From a bacterium (GTDB taxonomy: Bacteria; UBA8248): a stretch of DNA of 64,000 bases. Location of the stretch: NCBI GenBank assembly GCA_965213685.1, contig CBDBZY010000064.1:1088001-1152000 (forward strand), written 5' to 3'. Of the stretch, positions 1-12,149 are shown piece after piece (the stretch's first letter is position 1; each line of letters opens with the position of its first letter). A program made the translations under genes and the position numbers. Under the pieces are notes generated by a model. It ran no database searches and was not told the DNA's origin. It was given only the letters and a program-made list of their open reading frames with translations.

Positions 1-628
1 ATGGCATCTCATTTTCCTAAATGAACCATTACAGAACTAAGGCATAACAATTATATCAAAGACAGTGAGAAAGCAGTGACCTGTGTCAGATGCTATTACT
101 CAATTGCATTACATGTGCATGTGTAGAGACCAAGAGAGAGTTGACAGACTCTACATATACATGTACATGTACATGTACATAGGCATTGCACAGACAGGGC
201 AAGCAACCTGCATATACATGTATGGAAGGTTTGAAAACACCAAGTCCAAAGCTTTCTAAAACATTTCAGTGCATCTGTACCCTACAAGACCCAAAAAATG
301 AATGAAAAGCACCACTAATGTTAAGACCAAGCAAACACAAAACTGCTTGATTCTTTACTTTCTGTTTAGAACTTGTATGTCAGCGATGATTCACTATGAC
401 ATGTCAAAAAGAATTTGCTGTACATTTTACATTTGATATCATCATCACTACCCTGCCTTGATAACTTGCACTCAAGTTGTGTTGCATTGCCATTCCTACA
501 CGTACATTGTTATGAATATGGTCATATTGCTATACATGTACATGCAGTCTTTTCAATCAACATGCATGTACACACTGCTCCTTGCAATACTTCACATTTG
601 ACATCACTTCCTCAAAGGCATATCTGAC

Positions 629-1409
<781 letters not shown>

Positions 1410-1712
1410 GTTCAACGCTTCCACACACCCGAGCTGGTCACGAGGATAGTGGTAGTCTCCGTTCCGAGCAGATTCAGAATTGGACGTCAGCTAGATCCGC
1501 CCACTCCTTGTTTGAAACTAGCGACCAAGTCTGCAGCCAGTTAGAGGCAACAGAAATACTACTAATAAACTTTCAAACCGTAGTCAAACATTGTTCATGA
1601 ATTAATTCTTGTGCAGGTATTCACGAGATGGCTGGTCACTATAGATATCGTGCGCAACAGAGCGACGGCGTAAAAACTGCTCCACAAACGTATATCTCTG
1701 AGAGTGCGAGCA

Positions 1713-2991
1713 ATGTCCTTCCTCGATCTCCTTCTCGCCGAGGCAATCGCTGCTGGCCTCGCTCGTGAGGCGGCTAGAGAAAGGCAACCACCACCGGAGA
1801 ATTTCTTCGTGCTACCCGATGATACGGCAGCTTGGAAGAGGTTTCAAGCAGCTTCTCAGAAAGAAAATATGGTTGTGGCTATCGAAGTAACCGACAACAG
1901 GGCTGGGAATTGCAGGGCTGTTCAGCCATTGTTTATGGAGTTGGCACGGAAGTTTGAAAGTCTTCCGTTTCTTCGTGTTGAAATTGGTCCAGGGAAGACT
2001 TACGATGAGGTATAAGCAAATTGTTTTCTCTGACGTGTGCCAGTGCATCTTCTTCTTTTTGTACGTATAGCTGAGGAAAGATCTCGGTGGAGTGCAGTAT
2101 ACTCCCACGGTCCTTATTGTGTTTTTTGAAGATGATGGAAAGAGAATTGCCAAGATTGAAGGGGCTGATAAAATTCGGATTGCTATGAGGAGTGGCAATG
2201 CAGAGAAGATCATTCATGCCTTCATGGAGCAGCGAGTGAAAATGAAGATGGCAGAAAAGCTTGCAGAGCAACTGGCCCTGCGTATGGCGGTGGGGCTGGC
2301 AATTGCTGGTGCTGGCAGTGCAAGGAAAAGCAGAGAGCAGCAGCTGAAGGAAGAATTTGAAGAGGAGATGGTAAGGGAGCTTAAAGAGTCAGAGCAACGC
2401 ACAAAGGAGCTTCAAATAAGGGAGCTGTCTGAAGAAGAAGCGAGGATTGAGGTGTGTACTGCATGACAATAATGTATCTCTCACATGGTGCTATGCAAAA
2501 GTTAAGAATTTAGCACATACTCCTGACTGGGGCATCCTAGCTCTCATGCTCTTTCAGAACCCTTTCATTATTGAGTATGTTCAGTATACTTTCATATAGG
2601 AAGAGAAGAAAAAGAAGGAAAGCCGGGCTGGAAAAGTGGGTATGCTACTGCAGCTGGACATGGAAAGTGTGAAGGAGCATGACCTTCGAAACATAATGGA
2701 TGGATTGGGTATAGATACAAAAGGGGCCAGGAATGTCTCTGAACTCAAAAAGAGACTTATAAAGAATGTGCCAGAGTTGAAGTCTGATATGGAGTCAAAG
2801 TGAGTGTCAAAGTATGTACCTCTTCAACATACTCTGTAACCAATGTTATTCTTTCATAATATTTGTATAGGTTAAAGAAGCTGAAAGAAGAGAAGGTTAA
2901 GCTTGATATAGAAATGGATTCTCTCAAGGCACAGATGGAGAATAAAGCGAAGGCCATTCGTAAGCTGGAGGAAGATCTAAGTGCCCCGTAA
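1713..2991 (+). CDS. Thioredoxin-fold / coiled-coil / SAP-like protein, paralogue 1 (~332 aa, 4 exons)
   Basis: Exons 1713-2009, 2071-2451, 2600-2799 and 2871-2991 are all GT-AG and in frame to TAA. Trx-like pattern VVAIEVT..AGNCRAVQPLFMELARKFESLPFLRV..GVQYTPT, then an E/K/R-rich coil and LDMESVKEHDLRNIMDGLGIDTKGARNVSELKKRL. Confidence 0.88.
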
Positions 2992-3529
2992 TACCTTACA
3001 AAGACACTTTCGCAGAAGAACATTTTATGGAAATATGCGCCTAGATTGTGTCATGTGAACACCGAACACAACAGAAATAAGCATATAGTTTTAGCATGAT
3101 TGCAGGCCTTTTAGTGGATGTACATGAAATATTAAATTGTGTAATAAACTGTTAGTGGCATACGTAGATAAAAGAGTCATGAGGATAGGGCAGAGGGATG
3201 GCTAAAAGTGAAGTCCACAAAAAATGAATAGAATACACAAGCACTGAGCTGATATTGGTATATATCGAAGATACTCCAAGGTGTATATTCTTACTTGTAC
3301 AACAGCTCAACTAATATTCCATTTCGTGCTTCTATTATTGTAAGTATTCATGAGAATGTGAATAATCAATATCGACACTAATCATGCACTGTTAGCAAAA
3401 CGTAACACAGACACCGGGAGGTCTAAAGGTGCTGTAGCTGCTAGCAATTTCACGGAATATAGACGTCACGCCCAAAAAGGCTCATGCACACTCAACGAAA
3501 CACAGTCGCGGGCTTACGCACGCGCTACT

Positions 3530-3928
3530 TCACGTAGAGTAAAAATCTTCCTTCGGTCGTCCATGACACAAGAGAGATTGAATCATCTTCTCCTCTACTG
3601 CTACAAGGGAAGGATATACGCCATGGATCTGTCAAAAATTGCTGCTGCTGTTGTGGCTGTAAATGAACGACGGACCGTACTTTGGAACGATGTAGTATAT
3701 TCAGACTAGAGCTCTCCGTTACATATATTCCCGAACTGTCAGGTCATGTTTTACAGTACTGACATACTATTTTGCTTATGCTTTGCTCTTGTTTGTAAGA
3801 TATTCGCGAATTATAAAGAAGGCATGAGTCTTCGTGACTCTGACCTTATAAAATCTCGGCGCGCGCTAAGTACGCTGCCACAGCCCCCCCCCCCCCCCCC
3901 CCAATGTTGCATGCTTCCTACGCCTATG
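3530..3928 (+). mobile_element. hAT transposon 3' remnant (C-terminal dimerisation region plus right end)
   Basis: Translates RRVKIFLRSSMTQERLNHLLL..MDLSKIAAAVVAVNERR (hAT/ZMYM1-like C-terminus), followed by a poly-C tract and terminal CTTCCTACGCCTATG. A similar terminus lies at ~15404-15418. Confidence 0.7.
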
Positions 3929-5056
3929 CATAAGACCAATGGACTGTCAGCAGGTACTATGAATGAAGTGTGAACAGAAAAATAAACAAATAAAGTTGTG
4001 TATCACAAGTCACATTTTTGTAGATGGCTATGACTATGAACGTTAGTGCCTAGCAATGGCTGAGGTACGGAAAATCTTAGTAATGCATATTATGCTACTC
4101 AATCTTGCAGCTGCTGAGCCAGCCCTGTCTCAGCCTGAAGAATGCAATGTGTTGGGACTTGCAATAACAACTGTTCTTGAGATCTGTGTTCTATTTTGCT
4201 CTTGCTTCCTCCTTCCCTTCCTCCTGTCTCTACCACCAGTACATGTAGCAGTGGCTTGCTGTTGAAATCAGTGTGGAAATGCTGCAACAATAATGAGAGT
4301 TCGGAAACTAATATCAGCTGTGGTTTTCCTCCTTTAGTGTTTTCTTACATTTATTCGTGTCATATAGAACTACGTCATTTGATTCTGACATGATGGCGAA
4401 AGACTTTTACGACAGTCAGTGTGTGGTGTGTTGCATGCATTGCATGATTGCAACTTGTTCTGTGAATAAAACCTTTTTCTTACGATGGAAAGACCTCCCA
4501 TATGGCGGTTGTGAACGTTTTAAACTGTAGTGACTCGAGGGTGCGCAAACAAGTCAAAGACTATTGATTGATTTTATCTTGAGCAAATGTCAGTCCCATT
4601 ATACTAGGTAAGATTATTCACTTGCCGAACAAGGCAAATAACTTCGCTGCATGGGGCGAAACGCGTAAACGCGTCAACATAATAATTGGAATGTAATTTA
4701 CTGCGCACGCCCGCATTGCGCAGGACCGTACGCTAGCATCGTGGAGCCACGCCTTCTCGTGTACGCTTAGTAGTCGTACAGCGAACAGCAGTATGCATTA
4801 GGCGCCTCGTCTCTTAGTAGAAAGCAATAAAGAGTGAGGACAGCAGAGTCACAAGACGAAAGATAGAATATTATGGCAACTTCTTCAAACGTCACAGTCA
4901 GTGCCATGTTCATACTTCTGTGTCTAGATATACGCAGACTAAACTTTGTCCCCTCCAAACCGGAAACGTATTTTATATGACATCCTGTGGCGATAACTAG
5001 AAAAACTGATTCCTGGTAGCATTCTGCAGTAAGCTACACTGGCTCTCGCGTAAAAA

Positions 5057-5918
5057 ATGTCGTTCCTGGATCTGCTTCTAGCCGAAGCAATTGCCGCAGG
5101 CCTTGCCCGTGAGGCGGCTAGGGAGCGGCCTCCGGAAAACTTTTTCGTCTTGCCAAGGGATCCAAGAGCGTGGAGAATGTTTGTAGCCGCATCAGAAAAG
5201 GAAACCATGGTAGTTGCGATTGAAGTAACCAACAACATGACAGCGAATTGCAGGGCCGTACAGCCGCTGTTCATTGAGCTGGCTCGAAAGTTTGAGAGTG
5301 TTCCCTTCCTTCGCGTTGAGATTGGTTTGGGAAGAACTTACGATGAGGCAGGTTTATAGAGTTGATAAAGCATACTTTCATGCATTTTACTCTTTAACTT
5401 TTTTTAACGAACAGCTCAGGGAAGACCTCGGCGGAGTGGAGTACACTCCTACGATTCTGGTGGTACTGTTTCAAGAAGACCGGAAAAGAATCGCCAAGAT
5501 CGAGGGAACTGACAAGATTCGCGGTGCCATAAGGAGCGGCGCAGCAGAAGCACTTATTAGTGCATTTATAGAGCAGCGAGTGAAGCTGAGAATGGCAGAC
5601 AAACTTGCAGAGCAGATGGCCATGCGTCTGGCACTGGGTCTGGCGGTAGCTGGGGCGGCAGGAGCAGCCGCTGCTAGGAGGAGTAGGGAAGAGCGGTTGA
5701 AAGAGGAGTTTGAAAAAGAGCAGGAAAGGGAGATGACACAAGCTCAACGACGTACTAGACAGCTCCGAGACAGCAGCGACAGTGAGGTATGTTCACATAC
5801 GATGTATCCAGCTATAATACTTGTATGATCACATGCTGAACCTTTTTCGCCTGTATTATTTTAGGAAAACAAAGAAAGTGCTCTTGAAAAGCTGATGAAA
5901 GAACTACGCCATCAGTAG
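5057..5918 (+). CDS. Thioredoxin-fold / coiled-coil protein, paralogue 2 (~238 aa, 3 exons, no SAP-like domain)
   Basis: Exons 5057-5347, 5415-5786 and 5865-5918. Closely similar to paralogue 1 with the same intron-1 position, but the donor is GC (GAG|GCAGGT). Confidence 0.82.
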
Positions 5919-6191
5919 CAATACAAGACAATAGTAGTATAAGTGTGTGTTTATTATTATCCCCTTACAATACTGGCTATTGGCTCACTACTTATACTGA
6001 TATTGTTCATTATGTATGCAGAAGTACTTCTATGTTACTATCAACACTGCGAGAAAAGTTGCTCACACTCTGCCGAAAGTATGTAGATACTAAAGTATGA
6101 ATGATACGAAAGGGTGGATATATTTTTTGGGCCTACACAAAAATTGTGACCAAAGAGCTAGTAATTCTTCTTCACCTTCCATACTTAACCC

Positions 6192-6572
6192 TAGTCTCGC
6201 GAGCAGACGTAATACGCGGGGAATTACATCTGGCCAGACTACCAGCATTGCGTGTACTGAAGGCCGAATGTGATTACGGTATTACGTGCGTAGTTGGGCC
6301 TCGAGTAGACAGATTGCAGGTGGCAGATGGCGACTCTTCAGGTGTCAAAGATCAGCCAACGTGTTTGTTTTGTAGGACGGTTGTCTTGCAGTGGCAACAG
6401 CATCGTCGATTGGTTTTCTGAAAATGCATCCTGTTTCCACCCACGTCTCCCAGTACACACGGGTAGTAATTATGTAAATACTGCAATCTGATTGGTGGCA
6501 CCAACATTCCTGCGACGTTCGGAATGCTGGCCATAGTCACCAGACGGAGTTTTCCGTCTGCCCGTCGTGCTA
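6192..6572. mobile_element. Degenerate AcademH-like non-autonomous element
   Basis: Left end TAGTCTCGCGAGCAGACG and a degenerate inverted copy CGTCTGCCCGTCGTGCTA; no TSD visible. Confidence 0.3.
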
Positions 6573-8004
6573 TAATGATTTTTGTAATTTACTAACTGGT
6601 TGTGGATTCACTCTGAATAATCTCTTGTGCATGCGTGGGTACGCTGCAAAAACATAGTTATATTTGAAACGTTATTACCTCAGTTGCATGTTTGTTCTCT
6701 CAACACTTGGCACAGGAAAATGTTAAGAACGTGCAAAGTGTGTGGGATATCCTCCATGAAATCTCGGGGATACAGTGATGACAATTCCGTGGTACATTAC
6801 CTTGCAGTGACCTATTATAAACTGTTTACCCATCACATGTCAGGTTTTTGCTGTACCACAACACAAACTTAGATTATTCTGGGGACACCCTTCACCTTGT
6901 ACACATGCATCCAGTCTAGAGAAATAGACTCTCAGTGTGGGAGTGAGATGGCATCATTCAGCTGCAAGTGAGATAACCTTAGCAAGGTTAAACAAACCAT
7001 ACCTCTACAAAGTAGAGCTGAGAGAGGCAGGCAGGCAGGGAGAAAGGGAGAGAGGGGAGCATTGCAGCACATCATAAATTATTCTTGTCATTATGCCACT
7101 GGTCTTCCTGTCATTGTTTGCACAGAGGAATAGAAGTGAGCCCAGCCTCTACTGGCACAAATCCAGCTGCACAAGTGTTGTTCTCTCTTCAAGCACAATC
7201 GGTGCCTTCTATGCATAATTTTTGTCATAATTCATGTCATAGTCTCTGGGTTTAGTGGCAATCACCACCTTTGAATTTGATATCCTTAAGTGAGTATGAA
7301 GAGTGCAATACAGCTATTTCATGAAGACATCGGTACCTCTACAATTGGCTACCAACCAGTGAATACATTGACCAGTGACTACATTGATCAGTGAATATTC
7401 TACAAAATGTTATTTTAAGGCATTATCAAATTTTAAGCAAAGTCCAAAGCTTGCTAATATAAACATACGTAGTTTACTCTAGTGAGAAATCATAATATTC
7501 ACATGCTCATGTGAGAATGAATAGTATATGTCTATTCATTATGGTCACACACATGTTCTTATCAGGTGAATGACATGGACCCAAATAACTCTGCTGACTC
7601 TCTATAGGAACATAAAGAAACAAGACTCCCCAAGATACTGGAAGGTATATATTTCTCTTCATTAGAGAGGTGAGGAAGCATTACCAGAATCCGGTAAGTA
7701 ATATCAATGAAGTACAGGTTTTCTCAGCCAGCAATAGACTAGTAGAACAGTCGTCATAGATACAAATGGACTTTTGCGATGAATATACAAGAATGTATGC
7801 ACTTTCTAGACAAACAAACAGGTCAGCATGTCTACAATGGGTGTTTATTTAAACTAAATGAATATATGATGCCAGATGGCTGCACTATATAAACAAATAC
7901 ATTGTATAAATGAGTAGTAACAAACAAACCCACTATAAATGTGCGAGTAGCAAAAACACACAACTTTTTGGCATAACGTTATGGTGTCTCAGTCAATATC
8001 AAAC

Positions 8005-10544
8005 TCAAAGTGGCTTTAAATCACGTTCAATTTCATCAATAGACTTCCTCTTCTCCTCTAGTCTCTCCTTCACGTCACTCAGCTCTTGCTCAATCAGCTC
8101 CTCATCCTTTTTCAAACTGTCTAGCCTGTGGTACGTGATGCATCATGTTGTAAAGTTACATAGTTATACCTTGACGGTAATGTTGTAGCCTATTGCATGT
8201 GTAGTATATAAGTGAGTACCTTTATTACATCCCATATAGAAAATTGTGTGTGTAGTATATATGTGAGTACCTTTATCACATCCCATATAGAAAAAAAAAC
8301 ATGCCACATGTGCAGCAGCTGAATATCACCATCATACCACATGTGCACCATAACACAGATGTTGTAAATAAAAAATGTAATATACCTTGACTGTAAGTGC
8401 ATTCGGAGCTCTGGAACTGTCTGCACCAGTTTCTTTCGCAACTCTCCTTTCTCAAATATGCCACCATAAGATATTCCCATGCCTTTCATTATCTCCTTGA
8501 GGTCTTTGGTGCTGGCAAAACTAAGGTCAAGATCTAGCAATTTCTTGACATTCTCAGAGCGAGCCTAAAGATAGGTATGTTGGTTGTGATGGAGTCCTAA
8601 CATGAAGTTACCATTTCTAGTCTAGCATATGTACATACATACATGTTTTATCTCTTCTTCTCTTTTCTTGCGCTCCACTTCCTTCCTCTTTCTCTCCTCC
8701 TCCAACAGCATTTCTCTTATTTCTCTCTCTCTTTTCTCAGACTCTTCCATCTGTCGTTTGACATCTTCCTCATATGCTTGCTTTAGCTGGTTTTCTCTAT
8801 CTGCTGTCTGAACATGAGAAAACTGCTGAGCCAGATGTTCCACTGTTTTGAGATGAACACGGCGTTCCAGGTACCTGCATAATGGAATTTCAAAGGTTTT
8901 GATTTGTGTCACCAATATGAATTGCATATTTGTAATCAAGGTTGACAATATTTACATTTACCTCCGCATCAGCCTTTCCATCTGCCCAGTTCTGATAGCT
9001 CCTTCAATTTTCATGTCTCCCTCAACTTTGCCAATCTCGAGGCCATCATTATGGAAGAACACCACAAGAATAGTAGGAGTGTACTCCACACCACCTAAAG
9101 TGTCACGGAGCTGAGTGCAGTGAAAACGGATATAAAATATCAGATGCAAAAAGAGGACTGAATCCATTTTTTAGTAATTGCTTTGAACTGATACTTTTGT
9201 GTTCTATCTGTGACAAAGTACCAAACACTGATGCCATAATCTCTGCCCCAATCCCAATATATTCACCACTATTCCTGACTGGTCGTGTCATCATTACATG
9301 TACAGACGTAGGTCATACCAGGAGCACCCTAAGACTTCTCTTCTTTTTTTTTTATGGTGCTACCAACACATCATTTAAGCTATGCAACACACATGCTCCT
9401 CTTTTTAAGCCAAAAATGGATTACAAGGCTACAATGACATCAGTGCTACTTTGAACAGCTACTAACCAGTATAATTTATATGTATAGAAAACCACATGCC
9501 TTAACACTGAGTGTACACCAATCATTTTTATGAAAACATACACCAGAAAATCTTAAGTTTGATGGTCAGACCCCATTCCAAGAGATTATTGCTCTAGTGT
9601 AACTGTTGTATTAACCTAAACTCTGACACCTATAATCCTACTTCACTCTTGGAATGAAAACTTTTGTGCAACAGCCTTTGATGTAGCCCCAATCAAATCT
9701 TGGTGACACTATTGATTTGGTTATTCATTGCATTTGTAGGTGTGACATAACTTGCTTACTGGCATGATTACTACCTCATGCCTGATTATGCAACACAAGC
9801 CCTATATTTTTGAGCAAAAAGCTACCATCACTACACAAAAGTATGCAAGTTGGTGTAGGAGTGCAAAGCTACAAGACAGATAACAGGGATAGGGAGTATA
9901 ATTATAGTTTGTTTAAATTCTGTCCTAAATGTGCCAATGGTACATGTACCACATTGGTCTGGGGTGGTCCTTCCTTGGTCAGTGATGGTCCTTCATTGAT
10001 CAAGTCATGTGGTTTCTGTGTGTGAAACTCAGCTCAACAATATAGCGGCTTGTGTTGCATAATCAGGCATGAGGTACTCCATGCTTCATCATCATTCCCA
10101 TGACAACTAGTTACAATAATAGCATGTACTCTACATCCAGGTTTTGTCTCCATTCCTTTTTATGCAATCCCTATATACCCTTCAAAATTTCAATTTTTTT
10201 AAATTTACTTGTATTCTATGTGTACTCTCAGTAGCAATTACCTCTTTGTAAGTCTGACCAAATTCAATCTCCACCCGTACAAACGGGACACTCTCGAACT
10301 TATGTGCCTCATTTACAAACAGCGGCTGCACTCTCCTGCAGTTAGGCTTGCTGTTATCGGTCACCTCCACAGCTATGACAAGGTTTTCTTTGATGCAGGC
10401 TTCGTGGAATTTCCTCCATGCCTGAGGATCCTTCGGGAGCACAAAAAAGTTGGGAGGCGGAGGCTTCTGCGGCTCTTCGGATTCGGCCCTGTTAGCCAGA
10501 CCGGCAGCAAGAGCCTCTGCAAGGAGCAGGTTAAGGAAGGCCAT
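8005..10544 (-). CDS. Thioredoxin-fold / coiled-coil / SAP-like protein, paralogue 3 (~327 aa, 5 exons)
   Basis: Exons 10544-10242, 9110-8962, 8874-8643, 8564-8386 and 8125-8005 are all GT-AG and in frame to TGA. Motifs SKPNCRRVQPLF, GGVEYTPT and LSFASTKDLKEIMKGMGISYGGIFEKGELRKKL. Confidence 0.88.
9772..10076. mobile_element. MITE with ~30-bp TIRs in intron 1 of paralogue 3
   Basis: TACCTCATGCCTGATTATGCAACACAAGCC (9772-9801) has an exact reverse complement at 10047-10076, with TA at both ends. Related sequence lies near 39940, 46795 and 47237. Confidence 0.75.
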
Positions 10545-10561
10545 TTCCCCGCTCTACATAT

Positions 10562-10664
10562 AAAGTGGGCGTATCTGTTGAGTGTATCTGTCCGATTCTG
10601 AGTCTGTTCGGATACCGGCTCTCCGTTCCGAACGGACTCAGAATCGGACAGATACGCCCACTTT
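10562..10664. repeat. ~100-bp palindrome between the paralogue 3 start codon and the cathepsin Z pseudogene
   Basis: AAAGTGGGCGTATCTG..TCCGATTCTGAGTCTGTTCGGA pairs with TCCGAACGGACTCAGAATCGGACAGATACGCCCACTTT. Confidence 0.85.
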
Positions 10665-10699
10665 TTGGCTTTTTTTTGGCTGGCTTTTCATCATTACAG

Positions 10700-11265
10700 C
10701 TACGTACTTTCCAGAATGGTGAGCGTACCACAGAACCATACTTTTGTTTGTCATGCTTGTACACATTGCTTTGTTGTATATTTCCTTTTTCATTTCACTT
10801 TCCTGTTCTCATAAAGAAAACAGAGCCACTGCCTCATACCTACACAAATGTAGCTGACCTCCCTGCAAACTTCACCTGGATGGATGAGGATGGCATCAGC
10901 TACCTTACCGTTTCACACAACTAACACTCCTCAGTGTATGTCTCTGTGTCTTGCTACACTAATCTGTAATACATTTGGTTCTTTGACACTGCTCCCTTTC
11001 GCCTTCCCTCTTTCCCTCCTTCCTCACCTCTTCACCTGTTGTAATAGTCTGTAATGTTTTTGTCTGCAGACTATGGGTCCTGTTTGGCAATGGGTACCAC
11101 ATCTGCATTCAGTGACAGGATAAGGATTATGAAGAAAGACACATTTCCTCAAAATGCCCTGGCCCTGCAGGTGCTCATCAATTGTGGTGGAGGGGGAGAC
11201 CTGGTGGAGTGTATGAGTACATTCACTGGAATGGTATCCCAGATGAAACCCACCAAACCTATGAG
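10700..11265 (+). pseudogene. Cathepsin Z duplicated pseudogene (exons 2-3 with intron)
   Basis: Close nucleotide copy of 1241-629. Exon 1 is not seen. It carries an ~80-bp insertion, an in-frame TAA at 10922, frameshifts, YCGSCW changed to YYGSCL, and a deletion in GDCDGGNPG. Confidence 0.9.
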
Positions 11266-11635
11266 GTCAGATATGGAAATATAGAGCAATGGATGCATGG
11301 AACTGGATTTAATATCAAATCCTTCTAAGAAAATCTTTTTTTAATAGGTCTCTCAGAAATATAGTGGTTGCAAGTATATGTCAGTCAAAATGCACGTTTT
11401 TAATGAACCTCAAGCCTAAGTTCAATAAGACTTTTTTTTGGAAAACTGTTAAAACACTTTCTAGAGAAAATCCACCATACCAACTCTAGTTCACGATGAT
11501 GTTGTTAACATTGTTGCATCTAGAGGAAAGGCTGAAGCCGTCAATGCCCATTTCACGAGCTGTTTTGTTCTTCCAATTGTTCATAGCTACTAGTATAAAC
11601 TTGACCACTAGCCCAAGTTTTTTTCAAACTTTATC

Positions 11636-11676
11636 TGCCAAACGTTTCGACCTCTCTACGGAGGTATTCAGTGGCA
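11636..11676 (-). ncRNA. Degenerate minimal hammerhead-like motif (Penelope-type terminal repeat)
   Basis: Minus strand reads TGCCA CTGAAT ACCTC cgtaga GAGGT CGAAAC GTT TGGCA. Stems I and II are intact; the core is altered. Confidence 0.5.
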
Positions 11677-12149
11677 ATGACAAAAAACACAACGCAACAG
11701 CTACAAGTAGAGGCACCACAAAAGAGGAAGACCAACAAAGTCAAAATTAGCAGACCAAGGGAGACAAAGGACAAACTCCAGTATACAAATGATGATACTT
11801 AAGAAGAATAGAAACACAGACAAAAGTATACAAGCACCTACAAGTACATCATAAACACATTACAGGCCATCATTGCAAGAATAATGGAAACCCTTTCACC
11901 CTAGCAACACTTAGTAAAAGCACAAAAATAGGTACAAGGAGAAAAATAAACACTATCATAACAACCATAAAAACCAAATTAAAAATACGAAGCAAAAAAA
12001 TAGATAAGATAAAAGTAAAAAAATATGCACACATCCTCGCCAAACCACAAACAACCAAAAACAGGCACGACAAAAACAGTTCAACAACATGCCAGCTGTC
12101 GATACACCTGGGGAAGCTGACTCTGGTCCCTGACAGCTGCCACTTTTCC

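Noticed and set aside
170-290. Possible cathepsin Z exon 4 (GTDALKCFRKLWTW..)
   Set aside because: An acceptor-like AG is present, but the peptide does not resemble the expected continuation; unsupported.
1895-1915. Selenocysteine (UxxC) in the Trx-like genes
   Set aside because: No in-frame TGA at or near the first-Cys position in any paralogue.
4056-4393. Short hydrophobic ORFs between paralogues 1 and 2
   Set aside because: No recognisable motif, homology or consistent splice structure.
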